Positions 21,015 through 31,847 are shown, counted from the stretch's first letter. The stretch is DNA of 64,000 nt from an uncultured Acidobacteriota bacterium (GCA_963777605.1 CAVZRV010000031.1:448001-512000); one strand, 5' to 3'. Program-made: numbers and translations. The notes: generated from the letters alone by a model not told the origin.

Positions 21015-21893
21015 CTACTGGCTCTTCTTCACCTGGTCATCGATCCAGCGTTTCTGCTGATCGATGAACTTGTCAATCCCGTTGGTGTTCCCGTGAACTG
21101 CGTTGTAGGCCTGCTCGAGGTACTGGCGGGCAGTGAACGAGTTGGCACCGTTCAGCGAAACTGCCCGGGCATATTCAATTTCCGCGTTCTCGAGGTCACC
21201 TTTGAGCTGGTACCCGAACCCGAGCCGAAACCGGCTCCGCTCGTCGCGAGGATCGAGTTCGGTCGCCTTCGTCAGATGATCGAGTGCCTCCGCCATCAAC
21301 TTGGGGTCGTTGTCCGAGTTAAACGCCTTGAAAAGAAGGGCGGTTCCAACACCATAATGGGCATCGCCCATTATCAGTTTCCGCCGCTGGGGCCAGGTTT
21401 CCTCCATGTACTCGGGGGGCCGCTCCATGGTCGGAAGAATTTCGAGCACCCGGTTTCCTTTTTCGAGAGCCTGATCGGGCTTCATTTCGTCCGCATAGGC
21501 GGCCGAAAGGCTGGCCATGAGAGCCACAGAGTCTGTCAGCTGAGCAGTGGCCATTTCACCATGTGCGAAGAAAGCCTTGAGATCGTTCTTCTGTCGGGCA
21601 TCGACAGCCAGGATCTCGTGCGCGTACGGAGCAAAACCGCCCGTGGGGTAAGCATCCAGATACTCCTGCGCCGCCCTGGCCTTGGCCTTGGGATCGAGAG
21701 AGTTAACGACAATCTGCCATGCCTGGTGCTCTTTCTCGGTACTTGCCTGGCCCAGCACCTGGCGCTGGTTCATGTCCATTTCCTTGAAAACGGCCCCAGG
21801 AGGCGTGGGGGCCTGCTGCCCGGACAGGAATCCGACACAAAGGACCACTACGGCACCACCCAAGGCGAACTTAGTAAGACCATGCTCTATCAT
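21015..21893 (-). CDS. Secreted TPR-repeat protein
   Basis: Signal peptide; TPR-like helices (AHYGVGTAL, ATELDPRD..SRFRLGFGY); C-terminal YLEQAY..VHG.TNGIDKFI. Confidence 0.75.
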   Translation of the reverse strand: MIEHGLTKFALGGAVVVLCVGFLSGQQAPTPPGAVFKEMDMNQRQVLGQASTEKEHQAWQIVVNSLDPKAKARAAQEYLDAYPTGGFAPYAHEILAVDARQKNDLKAFFAHGEMATAQLTDSVALMASLSAAYADEMKPDQALEKGNRVLEILPTMERPPEYMEETWPQRRKLIMGDAHYGVGTALLFKAFNSDNDPKLMAEALDHLTKATELDPRDERSRFRLGFGYQLKGDLENAEIEYARAVSLNGANSFTARQYLEQAYNAVHGNTNGIDKFIDQQKRWIDDQVKKSQ

Positions 21894-22021
21894 CAGCTTT
21901 ACTCCCTTGTGAGACGGTGATCACTGAAAAACTACCACAAAACCCGGGCTCCAGGACAGAGGCTCCATTTACTGAGAATCACCAACAACGGTCAAGTCGC
22001 ATTGAAAAGGGAGGCAGGTCA

Positions 22022-22051
22022 TTGACACATCAACGACTCCATGGGTATTTA
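22022..22051 (+). promoter_or_regulatory. Putative sigma70 promoter
   Basis: Perfect TTGACA followed 18 nt later by TATTTA, upstream of the CDS at 22201. Confidence 0.4.
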
Positions 22052-22200
22052 GGGTGGATCAGTTGGGGCGCAAGCGGGAATTTGGCGCAATTCGCCTGGA
22101 GAATTTGGGTCCGGCCTTAAAAAGAGGCCATGACGGTTTCCGGATGACGCAATTCGAACGTTGAGGAATCGAAAGTCGACGCAGAAGGGATAGAACGACA

Positions 22201-23895
22201 ATGATCGGCAAATCCAGATGGTTCATACTCGCGAGTTTCCTGATTCTAGGGGTCTCCGGCTGCGGAAATTCCGGGTTTGACGCGTGGCTTCAGGACTCGA
22301 TGATCAAGATGTTTCCCGATTCGACTCCTCCAACCGGCCTGCAGGAAGCTCCCCGGATCTGGATTGCCAGGAATGGTCATGCCAGCGTTCAGCTTGCGGT
22401 TCGGCCCCGCGGCGATCTCGACGAGTTCGGAATTGAGATGCCAGGAGCGATTCTGAACGACGTTGTACTCGACAAGGTTCAGGTGAGGAGAGTGGGGTTC
22501 GTACCGGTAGAACGAAACACCGCCGACACTGCCGAGGACGAACTGGTCAGGATTGCACCTGCCGACTTCCCCGATCCGCTCGAGAACAAACTCCCTACGA
22601 AATTGATCTCCGAACGCACCGAGGTCTTCTGGTTGACCATGTACGCACCCCCAGACACCCCTCCGGGCGACTACCGGGGAGAAATCCGACTCTCCGTCGG
22701 CGGGAAGGTCGACACCGTGCTGGCCTACGACCTGAGGGTTGTCGATGCTGCCGTCCCCGGGGACCAGACCCTCAAAGTGACGAACTGGTTCAACACCGAC
22801 CAGTCTCATCTCAACAACTTCTTCCCAATCCAGGATGACCGGGAAACCTACTGGAAAATCCTGGGCAATATCGGCCGCGTCATGGCCGAACACAAACAGA
22901 ACGCAATGCTGACGCCGGTAAGCGACCTTGTGCAGGTCGTACTGGATAACGGCCGACTCAAGTTCGACTTCTCCGAGTTCGACCGCTGGGTGACCACCTT
23001 TCAGGAATGCGGGCTCATCGGCACCATCGAAGGCGGGCACCTGCTGGTCCGACCGAAAGGATATTTCAGTCCGATCATGGTTCCGGCCTGGGTGGAGGAA
23101 AACGGGGCGCTGGTTCGCAAGACGCTCGAACCCTACGATCCGAAGGCCGACGCCTACCTCTCCCTTTTCCTGCAAAATCTTCACGCTCACCTCGAGGAGA
23201 GAGGATGGAAGGAAAGCTATATCCAGCACCTTCACGACGAACCGCACGGGGATGAGATCCCGGTTTACGAACACTATGCCGACCTGGTCCGAAAGAATCT
23301 TCCCGGCATCCCCACGATCGATGCGGTAGACCTGGCCGAGGATACCGGATTCCTGGACCGCTACCTCGACATCTGGGTGCCGGTCCTGAGCAGCTTCGAC
23401 GAGAAATTCGACCTTCTCGCTCGCCATCGGGCCGCAGGCGGCCAGACCTGGTTCTATACCTGCGTCGTTCCGAGAGGCCGCTACCTCAACCGGTTCATCG
23501 ACTACAGCCTGCTCAAGGTCCGGTTGCTTCACTGGTTCAATTTCCGACACGGCCTCGGAGGCTACCTCCACTGGGGCGGGAACTACTGGTCTTCGGAGCC
23601 ATTCCGCAACGTCGAACCGGTCATCAACGACGGGCAGACTCTCCTGCCACCCGGAGACAGTGCTATTGTGTATCCCGACATAGAGAACCTGTCCATCCTC
23701 AGTTCGATCCGCCTCGAGATGATGCGTGAGGGAATCGAGGACTACGAACTGCTCCACGAGCTTGCAACTCGGGACCCGGCTCGCGCTGAGGAATTGGCCC
23801 GGATGGCGATCCCTGAAGTGACGGACTACGTCCGCGATCCGGCCCGGTTCCGGGAGATTCAGACGATGCTTCTGGAGGCGATCAGTTCGCGGTGA
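22201..23895 (+). CDS. DUF4091 / GH123-like (beta-N-acetylhexosaminidase-like) lipoprotein
   Basis: Lipobox VSGC, LHDEP catalytic dyad, WFYTC, GYLHWGGNYW, PPGDSAIVYP and SSIRLEMMREGIEDYE (DUF4091 signature). Confidence 0.85.
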   Translation: MIGKSRWFILASFLILGVSGCGNSGFDAWLQDSMIKMFPDSTPPTGLQEAPRIWIARNGHASVQLAVRPRGDLDEFGIEMPGAILNDVVLDKVQVRRVGFVPVERNTADTAEDELVRIAPADFPDPLENKLPTKLISERTEVFWLTMYAPPDTPPGDYRGEIRLSVGGKVDTVLAYDLRVVDAAVPGDQTLKVTNWFNTDQSHLNNFFPIQDDRETYWKILGNIGRVMAEHKQNAMLTPVSDLVQVVLDNGRLKFDFSEFDRWVTTFQECGLIGTIEGGHLLVRPKGYFSPIMVPAWVEENGALVRKTLEPYDPKADAYLSLFLQNLHAHLEERGWKESYIQHLHDEPHGDEIPVYEHYADLVRKNLPGIPTIDAVDLAEDTGFLDRYLDIWVPVLSSFDEKFDLLARHRAAGGQTWFYTCVVPRGRYLNRFIDYSLLKVRLLHWFNFRHGLGGYLHWGGNYWSSEPFRNVEPVINDGQTLLPPGDSAIVYPDIENLSILSSIRLEMMREGIEDYELLHELATRDPARAEELARMAIPEVTDYVRDPARFREIQTMLLEAISSR

Positions 23896-25601
23896 TGAGA
23901 CTCTACAGGCGCTTCGTGGGCGGCCGGGGCCGGAGAAAGCAGCTGTTTGTCGGGCTTTTGTTTCCGGCTCTGGCCGGGCTGACCTCGATCGGGATCCGCG
24001 CCGAAAGCCCGGTCACGTTTACCGATATCACCCGGGTTGCCGGCATTACCTGGGTCCATGACAACGGTATGTCCAAGCCCCGCTATTTGCCGGAAACCAT
24101 GGTCGGGGGAGCCGCGTTTCTCGATTTCAACAATGACGACCTCATCGATATCTACCTCGTAACGGCTTCAACGAGCGTTTTCTACAAGCCTGAGAATCCC
24201 CGCACCAATGCGCTCTACCGAAACAACGGCGACGGGACCTTCTCGGATGTGACCAGCCAGGCCGGGGTTCCCGGCCGTGGATTTGGGGTCGGCGTTTCCG
24301 TGGGGGACTATGACCGGGACGGTTGGGTTGACATGTTCGTCACCGGAGTTCGGGAAGGAATCCTCTACCACAACAACGGGGACGGCACGTTCACCGATGT
24401 CACCGAGCGCTCCGGGGCAAAGACGCCGGGGTGGGGAGCCAGTTCAGCCTGGTTCGACATGGACAACGACGGCTGGCTCGACCTCTGGGTCTGTGGGTAC
24501 GTCATCTGGGAACCCAACCTGAATTTCAAGTGCGGAGGAGGAGACGTTCCGCGCTACTGCATCCCAACGCTGTTTGACGGTCAGCCGAGCTGGCTCTTCC
24601 GCAACCGGGGGGACGGCACTTTTGAAGACGTGAGCCAGACGGCCGGGATCTCCAATCCCCGCAGCAAGGGACTCGGTGTCGTCGCGGCAGACCTGAACAA
24701 CGACGGCTGGATGGACATCTTCCAGTCCAACGACACGACTGAGAATTTCCTGTTCATGAACAAAGGGGACAACACTTTTCAGGAGATCGGGCTGATGGCC
24801 GGCGTCGCGTTCAGCTATGACGGGCGAACCCGGTCTGGAATGGGAGTTGATGCCCAGGACTACGACGACGACGGATGGATCGATCTGTTCGTGGCCAACA
24901 TCGACCACGAAGACGTCTCAATCTATCGAAACCTGGGGGACGAGACGTTTGAGGACGCCGTTGTCGATCGGCCCGAATTGAGCCAGGCAACCCGGTTCAT
25001 GAGTACCTTCGGAGCACGTTTCATCGACCTGGACAACAACTCTTACGAGGACCTCGTGGTCGTCAACGGCCACCCGGACGACCAGATTGACTACCACCGG
25101 GGCAACATCAATTACCTCGAGAAGCCGCTCCTTTTCCTGAACAACGGGACGGAGTTCCGCAACGCCAGCGCCGAGGCCGGGCCGGCGTTCCAGGCGACCT
25201 ATGCCGGCAGGGGGCTGGCGACCGGGGACATCGATAACGACGGGGACTCCGATCTCCTCTTCCTCAATAACGGTCAGGCGCCCGTTCTGGCGCGCAACGA
25301 TGGGGGAAACCGGAACCATTGGCTGGGTCTTGAACTGTCCGGCGTCAAGTCCAATCCTCACGGCGTCGGAACCAGGATTGAATACCAGGTAGCCGGAAAG
25401 AAGCGGATCCACTACGTCGCCGGGGGAAGCAGCTACCAGTCGGATCACGACAAGAGGGTACTCCTGGGATTCGGGATCCAGTCCGAGGCGGGAGAGATCC
25501 GCATCAATTGGCCCAGTGGAACCGTTGACGTGTTGAACAATCCTCAACTAAATCGCTACATGAAACTCGTTGAAGGTCAGTCACCGGCAGCCGACCAGTG
25601 A
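23892..25601 (+). CDS. CRTAC1-family protein (FG-GAP/VCBS repeats plus ASPIC/UnbV)
   Basis: FTDIT..AGI, repeated D[FY]NNDG..D and LY.N.GDGTF.DVT motifs, RGLATGDIDNDGD, and C-terminal NHWL...GVKSN..GVG...GGSSYQS...WPSG. Confidence 0.92.
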   Translation: MMRLYRRFVGGRGRRKQLFVGLLFPALAGLTSIGIRAESPVTFTDITRVAGITWVHDNGMSKPRYLPETMVGGAAFLDFNNDDLIDIYLVTASTSVFYKPENPRTNALYRNNGDGTFSDVTSQAGVPGRGFGVGVSVGDYDRDGWVDMFVTGVREGILYHNNGDGTFTDVTERSGAKTPGWGASSAWFDMDNDGWLDLWVCGYVIWEPNLNFKCGGGDVPRYCIPTLFDGQPSWLFRNRGDGTFEDVSQTAGISNPRSKGLGVVAADLNNDGWMDIFQSNDTTENFLFMNKGDNTFQEIGLMAGVAFSYDGRTRSGMGVDAQDYDDDGWIDLFVANIDHEDVSIYRNLGDETFEDAVVDRPELSQATRFMSTFGARFIDLDNNSYEDLVVVNGHPDDQIDYHRGNINYLEKPLLFLNNGTEFRNASAEAGPAFQATYAGRGLATGDIDNDGDSDLLFLNNGQAPVLARNDGGNRNHWLGLELSGVKSNPHGVGTRIEYQVAGKKRIHYVAGGSSYQSDHDKRVLLGFGIQSEAGEIRINWPSGTVDVLNNPQLNRYMKLVEGQSPAADQ

Positions 25602-25625
25602 CGCAACGACGGTGAACCGCCGCGG

Positions 25626-27689
25626 CTATCTTGACGGGGACTCTGGGGCGGACTCGCTCTTGAGCTGAGCGAGCGCGGCACGCACCTGGGGAATCAACTG
25701 GGCATACTGGGCACCCTTGGCCCGCTCGAGAAAGGCTTCCAGATTGCGGATCGCAGCCGGCGTATCTCCGGCCATTTGAGCCAGGATTCCGAGGTTCATG
25801 TACGGCTCAATCAGCTGTGGATCAAGCTCGACGGCTCTCTGAAAGCTTTCCCGGGCCAATTCCGGGCGCTGCCGCTGAATCGCGATCAGGCCACGCAGAT
25901 TGTAGGCCGCGGCATGATCAGGGTTTTGAGTCAGGATTGCCTGCACTCCCAACTCGGCATCGTCAAGCTTGCCAGACTGAATATAGGCATTGACAAGGTT
26001 GCTGAGGTTGTCGAGGTTTCTGGGGTTGATGTCGGCAGACCTCTTTAGAGATTCAATGCCTGCTTCGAGGTGGCCGAGGCGAATCTGAACCTCTCCCATC
26101 TCCGAATAAGTCCGGTCGGTCTCGGCCCCATTCTTGACTGCCTGCTCATAAAGAGCGAGGGCTTGCTTGAAATTCCTGGTTTCCTGGAGGCAAACTCCAA
26201 GATTCTGGTAAACCAGCGGGTTCTGAGGATCCTGTGCGGTCAGCTTCTGCAAAACCGGGACCGCCTTGGAGTAATCACCAGCGTTCATCAGGTGGGTTGC
26301 GTGATCGAGTCCCTTCAGGACTGCTACGCGGTCCTTGGGATCGGGCCCCTCGAGATCGGCTACCAGTTTCCGGGCACTGCTCGAACTGACGTAGCCGAGC
26401 GACTGCAACTCGCGCATGGTCGCCTCGTCGAGGGAACGATAGGGGATCTCACGATCCTGCCCCGGTTCACCGCTCACCCTCCAGACTTCCTTCTGCAGCC
26501 GCTCCGCCTCATCGGCGTGCTGCCCGATGACATTGGTCGTTTCGCTGCTGTCGGTATCGAGATCGTAGAGTTCCGGCTTGGGAGCGAGGATGTACTTCCG
26601 ATCCACAGTCCTCACGCCGTACAACTCGGACCACCGCATCTGGGTTTGCGGGTAAAACGTCTCCATGTACGAGTAATTGATGCGCACCGGCTGACCATCG
26701 CGCAGCAAGGGCATCAGGCTTTCGCCGTCAAGACCGGCCGGAGCCTGGACCCCCGCAAAATCGAGAGCGGTCGGCATCACATCGATGGAGCGGGCCAGCT
26801 GATCCGCCACCACATTCCGTCGGACGCCGGGCCCGGCGATCAGGAGCGGCACCCGAACCGTGGAATCGTACAGAAAGACCCCGTGCGTCTGCTCCCCGTG
26901 GTCCCCCAGGCTTTCACCATGATCGGCCAACGCCACGACAAGAGTCGAATCGGTCAGTCGCTCGGACTCGAGGGCTTCCAGAAGCGCCCCCACCTGGGCG
27001 TCAACGAAGGCGACTTCCCCGGCGTAGAGATCCTTTTCATAGCGAGTCCTGAACTCATGGGGCGGATCGTACGGGAAATGCGGATCGTAGTAGTGCACCC
27101 AGAGGAAGAACCCTTTGCTGCGGTCCCTTCCCCGAAGCCACTCTACAGCCCGTTCCGTGACGGTGTCACCCCGGACCTCGGCCACGACACCGGGAAGCTT
27201 CTCGACGTCGGGATCGCTGGTCATCTTGTCGTCATAGGTCTCAAACCCGCGATTGAGACCATAGCGGTGATGGAGGACCGAGGCAGCGACGAATGCCGCC
27301 GTCTGGAAACCATGCCGGCCCATGACTCCGGCCAGCGTCGGGATTTTCTCATCGAGGATAAATCCGCCCACGTCACGGATCTGGTGCTTCGGCGGGTACA
27401 CTCCCGTCAGAATGGACGCATGGGACGGAGTCGTAAGCGGCACCTGGACAACAGCATGTTCGAACCGGACTCCCTCCGCCGCCAGCCCGTCCAGGTTCGG
27501 CGTTTCGATGTCCTTCTTGCCGTAGCAGCCGAGATAGTCGGCCCGCAGCGTATCCAGGGTGATCAGGAGAACGTTTTTGCCCGCCGTTGAAACGGTTTGC
27601 TCAGCCGGCGCAGGCGATTCCTTCGACGAACAGGCCGCCAGCAACAGAAGGGCAGCAGCAATGGGGAGAAGGGATCGTCGCGACACCAC
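25626..27689 (-). CDS. Sulfatase-like (AlkP superfamily) lipoprotein with C-terminal TPR repeats
   Basis: Lipobox LAAC; NVLLITLDTLRAD, TPNLD, PLTTPSHASILTG, WVHYYDPH, ADHGESLGDHGE and ELYDL, then internal LQSLGY and TPRs. Start uncertain. Confidence 0.88.
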   Translation of the reverse strand: MVSRRSLLPIAAALLLLAACSSKESPAPAEQTVSTAGKNVLLITLDTLRADYLGCYGKKDIETPNLDGLAAEGVRFEHAVVQVPLTTPSHASILTGVYPPKHQIRDVGGFILDEKIPTLAGVMGRHGFQTAAFVAASVLHHRYGLNRGFETYDDKMTSDPDVEKLPGVVAEVRGDTVTERAVEWLRGRDRSKGFFLWVHYYDPHFPYDPPHEFRTRYEKDLYAGEVAFVDAQVGALLEALESERLTDSTLVVALADHGESLGDHGEQTHGVFLYDSTVRVPLLIAGPGVRRNVVADQLARSIDVMPTALDFAGVQAPAGLDGESLMPLLRDGQPVRINYSYMETFYPQTQMRWSELYGVRTVDRKYILAPKPELYDLDTDSSETTNVIGQHADEAERLQKEVWRVSGEPGQDREIPYRSLDEATMRELQSLGYVSSSSARKLVADLEGPDPKDRVAVLKGLDHATHLMNAGDYSKAVPVLQKLTAQDPQNPLVYQNLGVCLQETRNFKQALALYEQAVKNGAETDRTYSEMGEVQIRLGHLEAGIESLKRSADINPRNLDNLSNLVNAYIQSGKLDDAELGVQAILTQNPDHAAAYNLRGLIAIQRQRPELARESFQRAVELDPQLIEPYMNLGILAQMAGDTPAAIRNLEAFLERAKGAQYAQLIPQVRAALAQLKSESAPESPSR

Positions 27690-27712
27690 GGCTAGCTTAG
27701 CACAAGATCCCC

Positions 27713-28240
27713 TCAGACCCACCAGTCGTCGAAGCCGATCATTTTCCAGGCGAGTTTGTCCCGGTTTCCACCCCACCTGGGATGACTGTAAAAGCCCTGC
27801 ATGGTGTGGGACCGGACCATCGAGAAGAAATCGCCCGCCGGAGGGGACGGCCAGAGGTCAGCGGGAAGGTCTCCCCGTTCCATGCGCTGGAGCAGCTGCA
27901 GTTGCTGGTCGAAGTTCAACTTCACGAACGAAGCCTGGAATAGTCTTTCGCTGCTCAAATCGGTCGCGGTCAGTCCCGCCTGGTAAACCGCGACCCATTC
28001 CGGGTGGGCTTCCCGCAGTACCCTCCCAATGAACGTTGCCACACCGAGTTCCCGGGCGCCGGGGAAATCGTCCGCAGGAACGATCTGTTCACAGACGTCT
28101 CCCAAAAGGGTCAACTGGTCCTCTGGGAGCCCCTTCACGGTCCCCTGCAAGGGGGGGACACCACCGGCCAACAGAAACCGGGGCGGCGCCGTCGCCATTG
28201 CCGCCAAAGAAAAAAGGAATTTCCGTCGATCTGCTCTCAT
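27713..28240 (-). CDS. Gluconate-2-dehydrogenase subunit 3 family Tat protein
   Basis: DRRKFL Tat motif; IVPADDFPGA..LGVA.FI and FFSMVRSHTMQGFYSHPRWGGNRDKLAWKMIGF. It is directly downstream of the GMC gene. Confidence 0.9.
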   Translation of the reverse strand: MRADRRKFLFSLAAMATAPPRFLLAGGVPPLQGTVKGLPEDQLTLLGDVCEQIVPADDFPGARELGVATFIGRVLREAHPEWVAVYQAGLTATDLSSERLFQASFVKLNFDQQLQLLQRMERGDLPADLWPSPPAGDFFSMVRSHTMQGFYSHPRWGGNRDKLAWKMIGFDDWWV

Positions 28241-28265
28241 CCCGCGATCACCTCCCGCTGCGACG

Positions 28266-29936
28266 TCAGACCTCGCGTGAGCCATCCCGCCAGGCCCCTT
28301 CATTCCACTGCTTGACCAGGTACTCGGCAGAGCGAAAGGCCAGCGCCTGGATGGTAAGGGCCGGGTTTCGGCCACCGGATGTCACGAACACGCTTCCATC
28401 CACGACGAAGAGGTTGTCCACTTCGTGGGACTGCCCGTAACCGTTCACAACCGAAGTCTTCGAATCGGAACCCATCCGGCAGGAGCCGAGCTGGTAGCCG
28501 ATCCCGCCCTTTCCGACGTTGCTCGAAGTGATGTCGCGGGCGCCCGCCTCCTTGAGGAGTTCTACCATCTTGTCCCGGAAAAACTCCCAAACTCGAAAAT
28601 CGTTGGGATGGAAGCTGTGAGTCATCCTTGCCACCGGAATTCCCCATCGGTCACGCAGGTCGGGCGACACTTCCACCCGGTTCTCAAACCGGGGCATATC
28701 TTCCGCCGGTGCAAACAGGCGGATGTACCGATGAAAGTTCTTGCGCTGGTACTCCTTGTGTTCATTGCCCCACCGAGCTGCACCGCGGGGCCGACGCGAG
28801 GTAAAAGCGATCGGCATCACCTCGGTTCGGGAGTAAATCACCGCTCCGCCCACGAAACCGGGGTTCCTGGCATGAAAATCGTCGACGGCTATACCTGGGC
28901 CGGGACCCGTACCCGAGTTGGTTTCCTCCTCCATTACTCCCCAGGCCCAGGGGCTGATGTGTCCCATCACGGCTCGTCCAACCCAGTCGTTACCGTTGGC
29001 CAGTCCTCTCGGAAACCATCGCGACTTGGAATTGAGCAGGAGTCGCGGTGTCTCGATTCCGGAACAGGCTACGATCACGACACGGGCTCGCTGTACTACC
29101 CGCTCGCCGGCGGAGTCAAAGTAGGCCAACCCGTTCGGCTTTCCCTTGTCATCCAGGGTCACCTCGCTGACGATGGAATCCGGGACAATCCGGCAGTTTC
29201 CAGTGGCCAGCGCAGCCGGGAAGAGCGCCGTCACGGGAGTCGATTTCGCTCCGACCTCGCACAGATAGGTGTTGCAGCAGGGATGACCGATGCATCCTGA
29301 GCGGCCGCGGTAGTTCTCGGTCGCAATCCCGAGCGGGACGATAAACGGGTGATAGCCTTTGCGAAGCGCGGCGGCCCGGACCATCTCGTCTCCAGGGTGA
29401 AGATCGATGGGAGGAAGGGGAAACGGTTTGCTGCGGTACCCCTCGTAGGGGTTCACGCCCCCTTCCCCCGACACTCCCATTTCCTCTTCGGCACGGGTGT
29501 AGTAAGGCTCGAGATCGTCGTAGGAGAGGGGCCAGTCTTCGAGTACTGCGCCCTCTACCGGTCCATACTCACTCCGCATTCGGAAATCGATCGGCGGACG
29601 ACGCCACATCAGAGCCCCGTAAAGTAGCTGCCCTCCGCCGACGGCGGCAGCGCTCGACGAAAACTCCCAATCGGCGGTTGTCACCCTCCGGAAAGCCTCT
29701 TCGGCCGTGTAGCGAAACTGTCGCGGGCCAAATTTCTCCTCTCCGCAGATCGGGTTCCTGACCATTCCGGGAGTTTGGGCCGTCAGTTCATCGTGGAGGG
29801 CGTGATCTTCCGGGTTGATGTTCGGTCCCCGCTCGAGAACCACCACCTGCAACCCCGCCTCCGCCAGTTCCCTGGCGAGCACACCCCCAGAGGCCCCGGC
29901 CCCTGCGATTACCGCATCGACGACATGTTCCGGCAT
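28266..29936 (-). CDS. GMC-family FAD oxidoreductase (sugar/glycoside dehydrogenase flavoprotein)
   Basis: GAGASGG dinucleotide motif, VVVLERG, WPLSYDDLEPYY, Cys cluster CIGHPCCNTYLC, ETPRLLLNS, GSCRMG, NLFVVDGS and NPALTIQALA. Confidence 0.93.
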   Translation of the reverse strand: MPEHVVDAVIAGAGASGGVLARELAEAGLQVVVLERGPNINPEDHALHDELTAQTPGMVRNPICGEEKFGPRQFRYTAEEAFRRVTTADWEFSSSAAAVGGGQLLYGALMWRRPPIDFRMRSEYGPVEGAVLEDWPLSYDDLEPYYTRAEEEMGVSGEGGVNPYEGYRSKPFPLPPIDLHPGDEMVRAAALRKGYHPFIVPLGIATENYRGRSGCIGHPCCNTYLCEVGAKSTPVTALFPAALATGNCRIVPDSIVSEVTLDDKGKPNGLAYFDSAGERVVQRARVVIVACSGIETPRLLLNSKSRWFPRGLANGNDWVGRAVMGHISPWAWGVMEEETNSGTGPGPGIAVDDFHARNPGFVGGAVIYSRTEVMPIAFTSRRPRGAARWGNEHKEYQRKNFHRYIRLFAPAEDMPRFENRVEVSPDLRDRWGIPVARMTHSFHPNDFRVWEFFRDKMVELLKEAGARDITSSNVGKGGIGYQLGSCRMGSDSKTSVVNGYGQSHEVDNLFVVDGSVFVTSGGRNPALTIQALAFRSAEYLVKQWNEGAWRDGSREV

Positions 29937-30113
29937 CCTGGCAAACCTTTCGCTAGTGAGTCCAGTTGGAACTGGAGCATGAAGGTTCCTGTGCATGCGA
30001 CAGATTTCCGATCGAGGAAATCATCGTCCTGCGCCGCGTGCTTCCCTGTCCCCGACTCCTAAACCAAAAATCAAAACCCGTCAACCGAGAAAAGCGCAAA
30101 TCAAAAATCTCTG

Positions 30114-31847
30114 TCAGGGAGTCACGATTCCAGAGCCCTCTTTGATAGTGACGGACTGGTCTGCCGGGATGTCGAGCAACTGCTCCGCCGATTCCGTCGA
30201 TGGCCAGAGGATCTCGACTTTGTCAACTTTCGCCGCTTTGCCAAGTCCGAAGTGGAGCCGAAGGTCACTCTGGGACATCACGCTCCCTCCGCTCTCGAAC
30301 CTCCTGGGTCTGGACAATGTCACCGGAGGTCACCCGGACCCGGGCCCCGATCGCCGCCCGGTTGCTGCGAGTCCCCACCAGCTTCAACTCGATCCAGTGA
30401 TTGCCCGTCTGAGAATCACACCGCAGCAACGAAGGCCGGTCGTTCATGTTGAGGACGAGAACGTCGACGTCGCCGTCGTTGTCGTAGTCCCCGAATGCAC
30501 AACCACGGCTGGCAAACCTCTCCGTGGCGCCGTCGCCCATTCGGGCCGAAATGTCCTCGAACCGACCGTCACCCAGATTCCGGTAGATCAACCGCGGAGT
30601 CTTCATCGGAACGTCGAGGCCGAAGTCCCTGGCATTGGGATAGACGTGGCCGGTGACATAGAAGATGTCAACCCACCCGTCGTTGTCGATGTCCACGAAA
30701 CCGGCACCCCAGTTGACGTACTGGGTGTTCAGCCCGAGACCCGCCATCACCGCGACGTCACGGAAAGTGCCGTCTCCGTTGTTCTGATAGAGGTTGCAGG
30801 TGTCGTACTGGAAATTGGTCTTGAAGATATCGAGGGCGCCGTCGTGGTTGAAGTCCCCAACCCCGACGCCCATTCCGGCCTGCTCCAAACCGTTCTCGCT
30901 GAAGGCGCAGCCGGCCACCATGCCGACCTCTTCGAAGGTGCCGTCACCCAGGTTCCGGAACAACAGGCTGGCCCGGGAATCAACGGCGACGTAGATGTCA
31001 GGCCACCGGTCGTTGTCAAAATCGGCCGAGACTGCGGTGATCGAATAGGCCGGCCCTGCCGCGAGAATCCCGGACGACTCGGATACGTTCTTGAAGGTTC
31101 CGTCTCCCTGGTTCCGGTAGAGAATGTTCGAGCCGGCGGGCAATCCACGAGGTCCGCACATGACCGGGACGCCCTTCCAGACACAGTCCGGGCTCTCCCC
31201 CGGCTTGGGAACGGTATCGAGGTCGAGTTCAATGTAATTGGCGACAAAAAGATCGAGGTTCCCGTCCCGATCGTAATCGAGCCACGTGCAACCAGAGGCC
31301 CAGCGGTCACGTTCGCCGCGCACGCCGGCCTGGATCGACACATCCTCGAAAGTGCCGTCTCCACGATTCCGGTAGAGCCCGTTTCGTCCCCAGTCGGCGG
31401 TGAACAAGTCATCCCGGCCGTCGTTGTCGAAATCACCGACGCACACACCCGTCTGCCACCCGGTCCTGACCAGTCCGGCCTGACGCGTCACTTCTTCGAA
31501 GCTGCCCTCGTGGTTGTTCCGGTAGAGGTGAGACGTCGGCCGGTTTTCGTCGGTGTACTCCTCGTTCAGGCGAACGCCGTTCGTGAGGTAGATGTCGAGC
31601 CAACCATCGTGGTCGTAGTCCAGAAAGCCGAGACCGCTTCCCTTGGCCTCGATGATATAGGTCTTCTCTTCCACCCCCCCCAGACATTGGGAGCCGTCAC
31701 CCCCGCCTGCTCTGCGACATCGGTGAACTGAACCGGAAATGGATCAACTGAACCTTCGCCGCCGGCAAAAAGCCGACTGCTCGCCCCCGTCCAGAGCGCC
31801 AAAACCGCGAGAATGAGGCCAAACTGTTTGAAAAGACCTTTGCACAT
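30114..31847 (-). CDS. CRTAC1-family protein (FG-GAP plus ASPIC/UnbV); frameshifts near 31680 and 30293
   Basis: The signal peptide and FTDVAEQAGV lie in ORF 31566..31889, the FG-GAP body in 30265..31674, and the SGGSVMSQSDLRLHFGLG...WPS tail in 30114..30323. One break is in a G8 run. Confidence 0.88.

Noticed and set aside
22246-23757. 503-aa minus-strand ORF
   Set aside because: Antisense shadow of the DUF4091 gene.
26070-27590. 506-aa plus-strand ORF
   Set aside because: Antisense shadow of the sulfatase-TPR gene with no motifs; such ORFs are expected in GC-rich DNA.
29995-31731. 578-aa plus-strand ORF
   Set aside because: Antisense shadow of the CRTAC1 gene.
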